Source of the DNA: Promethearchaeota archaeon
GTDB taxonomy: Archaea > Asgardarchaeota > Lokiarchaeia > Sigyniarchaeales > SOKP01
Length of the DNA stretch: 45,426 bases
NCBI GenBank assembly: GCA_019058015.1
Contig: JAHLWH010000232.1
Span: forward strand, 1-45,426
Direction: 5' to 3'
Part shown: positions 19,064 through 27,808 of the stretch, piece by piece
How positions within the stretch are numbered: the first letter of the stretch is position 1
Layout: the number at the start of each line of letters is the position of its first letter
The notes under the pieces: model-generated
Databases searched by the model: none
The model's input: the letters and a program-made list of their open reading frames with translations, nothing else
Told to the model about the DNA's origin: nothing
Translations under genes and position numbers: made by a program

Positions 19064-19126
19064 TCAATTGTAGATTTAATAATAATAAAAAGTAAAATAA
19101 AATAGTTCAAACTTCGGTTCTTAGTG

Positions 19127-20113
19127 TTAATCCCGCGTTGTGGATAAATACTCCGAAATACCATCACCTTCTTTACCATCACAAGTGAATACCGCTACTT
19201 GCTCGTAAATTTCAGTTAATCCTTTCTCGGATGGAAGAGGTAAATATTGCGAAAATATTGTTTTTGATTCTATGGTTCTTTTCTTTCCATTTTCATCCGT
19301 TAAGATAAATGTTGATGAAACAGGTGTTTTTTCGTTTTCTTTCGTTTTTGTGGTCACTTCTATGTTTTCTATTCTAATATTATCAGCGCCTTTAGAATAA
19401 ATTATTCCATCTTGTTTTACTTCACCAAGGGCTTCAGCTTTATAAAAATTAATTGTCTCATCTTCAAACTGGGCAGAAACCCAATTCCATGCATCAATTC
19501 CAGCCCAATCCCTAATACCCCAGCTGTGATCACGATGACCGAAACCCTTAATGTTTCTTGTTTCAGTTATCTCCCCATTTTTCTTCAGATCCAAAGTACC
19601 TGTAGCTATCATAGGTTGCTCATAATGCATCTGAGCAAATACTTGATCTGTCTTAATTTGATCCTTCTTAAGAAAAGCTAAGGGATCTTCACCCTCAGCT
19701 GAATTAAATATTGGAAACCTTCCCTCAAAGTTAATATTTAAATTAACTCTACTATTTTTGAATTTAATTCTCCATTGTTTCATTGGTTTGATGCAATAAT
19801 ACTTAATTTTCGCATCGAATTCCCAATTATCAGGCATTTTTTCAAGGGGAATTTCCTTAAAATAAGTTTTCGTCTTACCATCAATTACTAATAATAATAA
19901 GATCAGAGATTTCTTTTTACCCATTTCGAACGCTAGTCTAGTAATAAAAAAAACCTTATTTGGGCGATCAATAAAATTAAAGTACCAACTCTCGTTATGG
20001 AATGGAGGGAATTTTCCCCAATCATGCATATATTCATCCTTTTCGGATATATCAAAACCTTTATTAATTTGTTTCTTGAGTTTTTTCTCTTTTGTCATAA
20101 TATTTCCATTCAA
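19127..20113 (-). CDS. CrtC/tocopherol-cyclase-like (AttH-like beta-barrel) protein
   Basis: NESWYFNF, HYEQ and GHRDHSWGIRDW motifs; true start may be ATG at 20098 (MTKEKK). Confidence 0.6.
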   Translation of the reverse strand: MNGNIMTKEKKLKKQINKGFDISEKDEYMHDWGKFPPFHNESWYFNFIDRPNKVFFITRLAFEMGKKKSLILLLLVIDGKTKTYFKEIPLEKMPDNWEFDAKIKYYCIKPMKQWRIKFKNSRVNLNINFEGRFPIFNSAEGEDPLAFLKKDQIKTDQVFAQMHYEQPMIATGTLDLKKNGEITETRNIKGFGHRDHSWGIRDWAGIDAWNWVSAQFEDETINFYKAEALGEVKQDGIIYSKGADNIRIENIEVTTKTKENEKTPVSSTFILTDENGKKRTIESKTIFSQYLPLPSEKGLTEIYEQVAVFTCDGKEGDGISEYLSTTRD

Positions 20114-20336
20114 AAATTTTCTCCTAATAAAAATTAAATATATATATTTAAAATTATTTAAAAATCTTCATTTATCAATCAAAATAAAATGTAATTCTAA
20201 AAGCAACAGCAATTTTGGACTCAAATCTCAAGAAAAAACTAATATTAATCAATATTTTTTCGATGAGAAATATTATAAGAAACTTTTTCATTTACCATTA
20301 TATGATTCTTTAAAGAATGGCTTGATGTTCAATATT

Positions 20337-21623
20337 CTATAATAAAGTATTGGCAAACATCTTAATCTTATTTTTAATCATTTTTATAGATGTCATTCTC
20401 TGATCCCCAACATCAAGTTCTATAATAAGCATCGGGATTCCAACTTCATCTTTTAAGGCTTCTCTTAAAATTTGTGGAACCGAACCAAACTGCTTACAAC
20501 CTATATGAGAAGTATAAATAAAACAATCTGCACTAAAATCTTTTGCAAATTTTACACAATCATCGATAAAAGGATCAAAAAATTGAGTTGATTGTTTCAT
20601 CATTGGAAAATCCATTGTTCTTTTTGCCATTCCCTTAAATAGCGTATCTAAGCCTGATTTAGTATTTATCGGTTCCGTTAAATTATAATTAAAGATATCA
20701 AATAGAATTGACATACCAATTTCTCTCTCTAACCATTCACATATAGCAAAATCAAAAAAGATTAGCATGTAAGGCCAAATGCTTCTTATTTTTTCTTCTC
20801 CACCTGAATGTTCCCCGCGCTTATATCTTTTTTTTATGATTTCCAACATCTCAGTGTAAAAGGCAATATTTTCAGGTTTTCCAGCCATAAGAATGGTTGC
20901 TCCAGCAGAAAATGCATTAAAGAGGTTTTCTACGGGGCAGGGAATTGCTTTTTTTAATTCGAATATTTCCAATTGAATTTTTTGAACCTGATTTTCTATT
21001 TCTATATTTTTTTTCATTCTATTAAAATCAGGTTCCTGGTCAATAACCTTTCCTAATTCATATAATGTAAGTTTAAGTTGCTTACCATAATATTCATAAC
21101 TTTTTTCTTCGTGAAGAAAAGGGATATCAGAAAGAATTAATGGGATATTTTTATACTTAAAAAATGGGTAAGAAGCAACAGAATTATCGCATGGGCCTGT
21201 TGGACAAATAATAGCGTCAAATTTAAATAAATCATCTAGTGTCATAGCCATTACTCCTTTTTGACTACTACATGTATGATATGGATGTCCCCAATTGTTA
21301 ATTATATCATAATATTTTTCAGCACCTTCAGGTAAAAGTGCTGCAAGAAGATATGAAACTGCTTCTATACAAACAGGTACACAATCAAAGCAATAAAGAT
21401 ATTCCGATGGAAAAGCAAAATTATATCCAACTATTGGTAATCCTTCTCTAGCCTTTTCAATAGCTTCTGATAATACAGATTCAAAACATTTTGTACCTAT
21501 TTTAATTGAGGGTATTTCTTGTTCTGGTAATATTCTCTCAGTTAATTCACATGTAGTTGCAATAGTTTCTAATAACATTTTATAAGGGATTACTCGATCT
21601 TCCATTTTAGTCCTATCAATCAT
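20337..21623 (-). CDS. 2-hydroxyacyl-CoA dehydratase family subunit (HgdA/B, benzoyl-CoA reductase-like)
   Basis: Three conserved Cys motifs HTCSSQK, PCDN and HIGCKQ; C-terminal GIPMLIIELDVGDQR..KIKMF. Confidence 0.85.
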   Translation of the reverse strand: MIDRTKMEDRVIPYKMLLETIATTCELTERILPEQEIPSIKIGTKCFESVLSEAIEKAREGLPIVGYNFAFPSEYLYCFDCVPVCIEAVSYLLAALLPEGAEKYYDIINNWGHPYHTCSSQKGVMAMTLDDLFKFDAIICPTGPCDNSVASYPFFKYKNIPLILSDIPFLHEEKSYEYYGKQLKLTLYELGKVIDQEPDFNRMKKNIEIENQVQKIQLEIFELKKAIPCPVENLFNAFSAGATILMAGKPENIAFYTEMLEIIKKRYKRGEHSGGEEKIRSIWPYMLIFFDFAICEWLEREIGMSILFDIFNYNLTEPINTKSGLDTLFKGMAKRTMDFPMMKQSTQFFDPFIDDCVKFAKDFSADCFIYTSHIGCKQFGSVPQILREALKDEVGIPMLIIELDVGDQRMTSIKMIKNKIKMFANTLL

Positions 21624-21637
21624 TTCTTTAACCTCTT

Positions 21638-22900
21638 TTATAATAATGTGTTTGTAAACATTCTAATCTTATCCTTCACAGTTTTAATAGAGGCAAAGCG
21701 CTTGTCACCTACATCTATATCTATAATTAATAGAGGGATACCTAATTCATCTCTTAAGGCTTCCCTAGGAAGTTGAGGAATAGACCCGAACTGCTTACAA
21801 CCTATGTGAGAAGTAAATATTCCGCAATCAGCTTTAAATTCTTTTGTAATATTTATAAATTCTGGAATGAAATCATCATAAAAATCAATAGATTGCTTAA
21901 TCATTGGAAAATTCATTGATTTTCGTGCCATATCATTAAACATTTTATCTTCCGAACTTGTATCTACAGGGTCATATAAATTGTAAGAAAAAATATCTAA
22001 TAAAACTGACATCTTAATTTCTCTATCCAACCATTCACATAAAGCTAAATCAAAGAATATGGTCATATAAGGCCAGATTGAACGAATCTGTTCTTCTATA
22101 GGACTTTCTTTTTTTTTATATCTTTTTTTTGCTAGAGCTAGCATATTTTCATAAAAATCTAATTTCTCTGGACGTCCTGCCATAAATACTGCAGCAGCAG
22201 CAGACATTGGGTTTATCATGCTCTCAAGTGGACAAGGAGTAGCTTTTTTTAATTCAAATAATTCAAATTCTAGTTTTAATGATTGATTTTCAATTTCTAA
22301 AGATTTCTTTATTTTATCGAAGTCTGGTTCTTGACCAATTATTTTGCCAATTTCACTTAATCCTATTTTGATTTGCTCAGCATAAAATTCATAACTTTTC
22401 TCTTCACGGATAAAGGGCATGTCTGTGATAACCAAAGGAATATCTTTATATTTAAAGAAAGGGTATGAAGCATATGTATTATCGCAGGGAGCAGTTGGAG
22501 TGGTTATTACATCAAATTTAAATAAATCATCCAATACCATGCCCATTACTCCCTTCTGGGAAGAGCATGTATGATAGGGGTGTCCCCAGTGAGTAATTAA
22601 GTCATAATATTTTTCTGAACCGTTAGGAAGTAATGCCGCCAATAAATATGATGTTCCTTCAATACAAATAGGAACACAGTCAAAACAATGTAAAAATTCT
22701 GCTGGACATGCAAAATGATAACCGATTATTGGCAATCCTTCTTCTGCTTTTTGAATATAGTCAATTAAACATTTTTCTAAATTTTTTAATCCCATTTTTA
22801 AAACTTGCATTTCATGTTCTGGAACAATTCTCCATACCAACTCATAGGAATTTGAAACAACTTCTAACAACATTTTATAAGGGATAATTTTTTCTTTCAT
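21638..22900 (-). CDS. 2-hydroxyacyl-CoA dehydratase family subunit, tandem paralog
   Basis: Same Cys motifs; co-linear with 20337-21623. Confidence 0.85.
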   Translation of the reverse strand: MKEKIIPYKMLLEVVSNSYELVWRIVPEHEMQVLKMGLKNLEKCLIDYIQKAEEGLPIIGYHFACPAEFLHCFDCVPICIEGTSYLLAALLPNGSEKYYDLITHWGHPYHTCSSQKGVMGMVLDDLFKFDVITTPTAPCDNTYASYPFFKYKDIPLVITDMPFIREEKSYEFYAEQIKIGLSEIGKIIGQEPDFDKIKKSLEIENQSLKLEFELFELKKATPCPLESMINPMSAAAAVFMAGRPEKLDFYENMLALAKKRYKKKESPIEEQIRSIWPYMTIFFDLALCEWLDREIKMSVLLDIFSYNLYDPVDTSSEDKMFNDMARKSMNFPMIKQSIDFYDDFIPEFINITKEFKADCGIFTSHIGCKQFGSIPQLPREALRDELGIPLLIIDIDVGDKRFASIKTVKDKIRMFTNTLL

Positions 22901-22928
22901 ATTTTATATCCTAATTTTATTTTTCCTA

Positions 22929-22953
22929 TTATTTTATCATTTCCAAGAATGCT
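22929..22953. repeat. 25-bp direct repeat, left copy; equals the 3' end (AFLEMIK*) of the gene ending at 42754
   Basis: ttattttatcatttccaagaatgct vs ttattttatcatttccaagaaagct at 42754-42778 (24/25 identical). Confidence 0.85.
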
Positions 22954-22959
22954 GAATTT

Positions 22960-23075
22960 CAAATAATCCGAGATGATGGTTTAATGGGATTATTTTAATC
23001 ACACCTATTTATGTATATCAAAAAATTTGCCACTCATACGTTATCAAACGGTGCCGGTGCCATTGTAATAAGTTA
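22960..23075 (-). pseudogene. possible degraded fragment of another dehydratase paralog
   Basis: Reverse strand reads LITMAPAPFDNV*..IPL/IISD, compared with VITTPTAPCDNT..IPLILSD in the neighbours; weak similarity. Confidence 0.3.
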
Positions 23076-23185
23076 ATTACAAATTTTAACATTTTTAATA
23101 TTTTTTAGGAGAATATTTTTTCTTATTCGGACCTAATTTTTCTCTCAATCGAATCTATTTTTTCATAACTCTGTTTTTAAAAAGA

Positions 23186-25561
23186 TTATCCCATTTTTGC
23201 TTCAACAATATGTTTTTTGCCGTCTTTAAAGACTGGAACGAGATTACTTTCTGGTATTATTTTATCTACTCTTATCTCTTTTATTCCTTTGGACACATGA
23301 TTTGGATTTTGAACCTGTATATCATAAACTGCATTCCTAAAGTGTCGAGTAAATCTGAATTTATCCCATTTTTTTGGAATACATGGGTCAACTATTAAAC
23401 CATGAAAATCTGGTCGTATTCCAAGAATCCATTCTGTTGCAACTTTCATTGACCATGATGCTGTTCCGGTAAGCCATGAGTTTTTCGCAGCTCCAAATTT
23501 TGGATGATCATCCCCTGTTATCATTTGAGAATAGATATAGGGTTCAGTTTGATGTATTTCTGCAATTTTATTTTTATTAGTTGGAGCAATTTTCTTATAG
23601 TATTCGTAGGCAATATCTCCTCGTCCTAGAATGCATTCAGCCATTTCCGCCCAAGGATTAGTGTGGCAAAAAATAGAAGCGTTTTCTTTAAGACCAGGGG
23701 GAAAAGTACTTATTCCTTTTAATTCTGGATAGAATCGTGTATATGGAGGGTGGAATAATTTAATACCATATTTAGTAATGAGATATTTCCTAATAGAATT
23801 CATACACTGAAGTCCTCTATCTACTGGAGCAACTTTACTATAAACAGCCCAAGACTGCGTGTTTAGGAAAATTTTCCCTTCGTTATTTTTTTCACTTCCT
23901 ATAATTTCTCCATTATCAGTAAAAGCACGAATATACCATTGACCATCCCATGCGTGTTTGTTAATATGTTCATTTATTCTCTTAGCTAAATTAGTATAAT
24001 TAGTAGCATCTTTGTTATGATTATACTCCTTCGCAAGTTCTTCTAAGTCTAAAAGTGCTTTGTGGAATTGCATAGCAACCCAAACACTTTCACCACTCTT
24101 ATTTGGACCATGTAGTTGAAGAGAATCATTCCAATCGGCAGTACCTATGAGAGGGAATCCATGTGGTCCCATGTGATTGTTTGTAAATTCTATCGCTCTC
24201 TTAAGATGATCATATAAAGGCGCCTTAGAGCCTTCAACGAACTCTACTTCTTCTCTTAAAATTGACATATCTCCAGTTTCTTTTATATAATTGCTAACAG
24301 CTATTATAAGCCATAGATGATCATCACTAAAGAATTTCATAAGAGGATTAACGTAGTCAGGATAATTTCCTTCACCAGATAGAGGGAAATATACATGGTA
24401 TACTTTCCCATTTTCAAACTGATTCTTAGTAAGATCTAATAACCTTTGACGAACCATCTTTGGAAGTGCATGACAAATTGCGAGAGTATCTTGGCTACTA
24501 TCACGAAATCCTATCCCTCTACCTATACCTGTTTCATAAAATGAAGCATATCGAGCCCAATCAAAGGTTGTTTTACACTGATATGGATTCCAAATGTTTA
24601 TAATGGAATTAAAGTCTTCATCAGGTGTTTCTACAATAATTTTTTCGAGATAGCTTTTCCATGCCTCTTTTAGTTTTAAAAGTTCAATTTCAATATTGCT
24701 ATTATTCTTGTATTTATGAATTATTGGTTTTACCTCAGATTTTTTTTTAACAATGCCTAATATGAATAAAATATTCTCAGTTCCATTAGGATTTAATATT
24801 AAAGTATTACAAGTAGCAGCAATTGGATTTCCACCTAATGCTTGAGAATTTCTGCACTTTCCATTTTCAACACTCAATGGATTTGCCTCGGAATGATATT
24901 GACCAATAAAAGATTCTCGATCGCAATCATGACTTGTTACATTACCATTCGATGAAAAAAATGCAATACCTAAAGATGAATCGAAAAGATGATAAATTAT
25001 CATATTTTCTTCTTTATCGTATTTTGCAACTGCAACATTTTGAATATATTGGAGATCTCTTTGATCTCCTACTGCGTTCCATAGACAAAATTCAGCATAG
25101 GAAAAAATATTCAATTCTTTTTCTTCCGAGGAATTATTTTCTAGAGTTAATGACCAAACCTCTAAATTATCTTCTAACGGTACAAAATAGAGAATTTCAG
25201 CATGAATATCTTGATAAGAAGAGCTTATTTTAGTATAACCTAATCCATGTCGACATTCATAATTATCAAGTTTCTTCATTACAGGTTGCCATGTGGGAGA
25301 CCAATATTCTGAAGTCTGATTGTCTCTAATATAAATATACCTTCCTGGTCTATCTATGGGTAGATTATTGTATCTATATCGAAGTATTCTTTGGTCTCGT
25401 GGATCTATGTAAAAACTATATCCTCCTCCAGTATTAGAGACCATAGCACAATATTTACTATTATTCAAGTAATTAATCCAAGGCGTAGGTGTATCTGGTC
25501 TTATAATTACATATTCTTTACTTTCTGCAGAAAAATATCCGAATTTTATATCTTTCACCAA
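23186..25561 (-). CDS. GH94 glycoside phosphorylase (chitobiose/cellobiose phosphorylase family)
   Basis: PDTPTPWINYL, RYRYNNLP, GIGRGIGFRDSSQD, catalytic DWND, PPGLKENASIFCH, NSWLTGTASW; short loop after DWND unlike CBP; TTG start. Confidence 0.93.
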   Translation of the reverse strand: MVKDIKFGYFSAESKEYVIIRPDTPTPWINYLNNSKYCAMVSNTGGGYSFYIDPRDQRILRYRYNNLPIDRPGRYIYIRDNQTSEYWSPTWQPVMKKLDNYECRHGLGYTKISSSYQDIHAEILYFVPLEDNLEVWSLTLENNSSEEKELNIFSYAEFCLWNAVGDQRDLQYIQNVAVAKYDKEENMIIYHLFDSSLGIAFFSSNGNVTSHDCDRESFIGQYHSEANPLSVENGKCRNSQALGGNPIAATCNTLILNPNGTENILFILGIVKKKSEVKPIIHKYKNNSNIEIELLKLKEAWKSYLEKIIVETPDEDFNSIINIWNPYQCKTTFDWARYASFYETGIGRGIGFRDSSQDTLAICHALPKMVRQRLLDLTKNQFENGKVYHVYFPLSGEGNYPDYVNPLMKFFSDDHLWLIIAVSNYIKETGDMSILREEVEFVEGSKAPLYDHLKRAIEFTNNHMGPHGFPLIGTADWNDSLQLHGPNKSGESVWVAMQFHKALLDLEELAKEYNHNKDATNYTNLAKRINEHINKHAWDGQWYIRAFTDNGEIIGSEKNNEGKIFLNTQSWAVYSKVAPVDRGLQCMNSIRKYLITKYGIKLFHPPYTRFYPELKGISTFPPGLKENASIFCHTNPWAEMAECILGRGDIAYEYYKKIAPTNKNKIAEIHQTEPYIYSQMITGDDHPKFGAAKNSWLTGTASWSMKVATEWILGIRPDFHGLIVDPCIPKKWDKFRFTRHFRNAVYDIQVQNPNHVSKGIKEIRVDKIIPESNLVPVFKDGKKHIVEAKMG

Positions 25562-25652
25562 CTTATGTATATATTTAATATTAAAATATATAGAATATAT
25601 TAAATAAATGATTTCAGTAGATTTTAAATTACGAGAGAAAAAAAAAATTAAT

Positions 25653-25743
25653 TTAACTTAATTCCCACCGTCGATAAAGACTTGGTACACTTTCCAGTAA
25701 ATTTTTAGTGTATGGATGAGTTGGATGGAGGAAAACATCTTTC
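25653..25743 (-). pseudogene. 3'-end remnant of an ABC ATPase paralog (KDVFLHPTHPYTKNLLESVPSLYRRWELS*)
   Basis: Near-identical to the 3' end of 30362-31171 (KDVFLNPTNPYTKNLLASVPSLYRQWDLS*); shared gtcgataaagacttggtacact. Confidence 0.9.
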
Positions 25744-25808
25744 TTTAATTGCATTCAATTTCGCAAGTATATAATCTTTTTAACCATTAAAAGCTATCAT
25801 AATTACTT

Positions 25809-27098
25809 ATGTCTTCAAGTTATCTATTAGAAATAATTCGAAAAAAAACAATTCATTTGAAGATATTTACTTTTTTTAATTATTTTATTTCAGTTTTTTA
25901 TATGGTCTTCATTTTGATTTGGCTTAATCAAAACAATGTTAGTATCGCTGAAATATTTGGTTATAATTTAGCAATTATTATTATTATCGCAATTTTTTCT
26001 AATATTTTTTCCCATATCTCAGATAAAATGAATAATCGACTAATTTTTATTCAAATTAGTAATTTCACATACCCAATCGGAGTACTTTTCATTGCTTTTA
26101 AAGTTAATTTTATAACAATTATGATCTTTGCGTTCTTAACTAATTCGTTAAGTCGGGAGACATTTATTACTGCCTTAATATATGAGGTGATTGAAAAACG
26201 AGAAATTCTCACAAAAGTTGAAACTACTAATTTTGAAAAGAAAAAAGCAAAAGAATATGCTAAAACCCGAATAATGGGATCCCTTGGATGGGCTGCTGGA
26301 GCTCCGATCGCAGGATATCTAATAGAATTGTATGGATTTCCATTTGTGTTTTTATTATGCGCATTAGGGTATATAATTCTAGCATCTTATTTTTATATTT
26401 TAACTAAGGATTTTAAACAAATATTAAATATAGAAAGAAAAGAAACAAATAGCAATATTAAATCTCTTGCTGCTAATAATAAAATTTTGTATAGAAAATA
26501 TGAATTCCTCGGTTTATTGATTATTGCGGGTATTTTTGAAATTGGATTAGTATTAGCAGTTAACATTAAAACAATATACGCAACAGAACTCGGAGGAAGT
26601 TTAGTTTTTGTAGGACTACTCGCATGTTTATGGGCTAGTTTTGAAGTACCATTATTTTTTCTTTCGAGTAAAATTACTGAAAAATATAACTATATATATC
26701 CATTGATGCTAGGCGTGATTTTCATTCTTATAAAAAACCTTTTTTACATCTATATAATAACTCCCGATAATATTTTCTTATTCTTACTGTTAGAAATCTT
26801 TAATCAGTTTGGAATAATGTGGCCTGCTTTAACATATGCGATAAATCAGATTTTTGCAAAACAAAAAAAGGCACTTGGCACAAGTATGTATATTTCCATT
26901 GTAGTTTCAGCTGGATTTGTTGGAAATTTACTAGGTATGGTTCTTGCAAATTTATACAATATTGGAGGGTCCTACAAGGATTATCAAATATTATTTATAT
27001 TTAGTATGATTTTTACAGTAATCTCATTAATTTGCTATATAATTTTAATAATTGTACGCAGAAATTATAATAAAATTAAGAAAATACTTCCTCCTTAA
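25809..27098 (+). CDS. MFS transporter (oligosaccharide/LacY-like MFS_1-like)
   Basis: About 12 hydrophobic segments; ISDKMNNR, YAKTRIMGSLGWA and SFEVPLFF motifs. Confidence 0.8.
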   Translation: MSSSYLLEIIRKKTIHLKIFTFFNYFISVFYMVFILIWLNQNNVSIAEIFGYNLAIIIIIAIFSNIFSHISDKMNNRLIFIQISNFTYPIGVLFIAFKVNFITIMIFAFLTNSLSRETFITALIYEVIEKREILTKVETTNFEKKKAKEYAKTRIMGSLGWAAGAPIAGYLIELYGFPFVFLLCALGYIILASYFYILTKDFKQILNIERKETNSNIKSLAANNKILYRKYEFLGLLIIAGIFEIGLVLAVNIKTIYATELGGSLVFVGLLACLWASFEVPLFFLSSKITEKYNYIYPLMLGVIFILIKNLFYIYIITPDNIFLFLLLEIFNQFGIMWPALTYAINQIFAKQKKALGTSMYISIVVSAGFVGNLLGMVLANLYNIGGSYKDYQILFIFSMIFTVISLICYIILIIVRRNYNKIKKILPP

Positions 27099-27254
27099 GG
27101 AGAGAATAACTCACTTTTATCGGTGGGCATAATATATTATAGATAAAAATGAGAAATTAAGGTTATAATTTTTGTTTTTATTAAAAATAATTATCTTGAT
27201 AATGTATCAGTATGATGCCCCAATTCTAGATTTATAATTTTTAGGATACAATAA

Positions 27255-27680
27255 TTATCCCATTAACACTTCAATATCATGTTTTTTGCCATCTTTAAAT
27301 ACTGGTAAGAGATTATTTTCTTGTTTTATATTATCTACTTTAACTTCTTTTATTCTTTTAGATAGATGTTCTGGATTTTGAACTTGAATATCATAAATTG
27401 CATTCCTGAAGTATCGAATGGCTCTGAATTTATCCCATTTTTTTGGAATACATGGGTCTATCTTTAAACCATGAAAATCTGATCGTATTCCAAGAATCCA
27501 ATCTGTCGCAGCTTTCATTGTCCATGATGCTGTTCCTGTAAGCCATGAATTTTTCGCAGCTCCGAATTTTGGATGATCCTTACCTGTAATCATTTGAGAA
27601 TAGATGTAGGGTTCAGTTTGATCTATTTCTGCAATTTTATTTTTACTAGTTGGTGCAATTTTTGTGAAATATTCAAATGC
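27255..27680 (-). pseudogene. C-terminal remnant (~141 codons) of a GH94 phosphorylase paralog
   Basis: AFEYFTKIAPTSKNKIAEIDQTEPYIYSQMITGKDHPKFGAAKNSWLTG..MG* closely matches the C-terminus of 23186-25561; homology extends upstream of the called ATG and stops abruptly at ~27680; lacks the catalytic DWND. Confidence 0.9.
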
Positions 27681-27808
27681 TTTAAAAACAAATGAAGTGA
27701 GTAATTAAAAAAAAATTTTTAAAACAAAATAAACTTTGAGGAATAGAAGAAAATATCTTTGAAGGAATTAGCAATATTTTTCCATAAAAAAAAAGAGAAT
27801 ATTAAGTC

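Larger units (their letters stand above)
15379..19095 (+). repeat. ~1.9-kb tandem duplication (unit 1 ~15379-17230, unit 2 ~17279-19095)
   Basis: Both units begin gttgattta[g/a]atgaaaaaaattg and end acaagatgaatagtcaattgtagatttaataa; proteins align end to end. Confidence 0.95.

Noticed and set aside
27255-27593. Independent 112-aa protein as called by the ORF track
   Set aside because: The ATG is an internal Met of GH94; homology continues upstream to ~27680, so it is treated as a remnant
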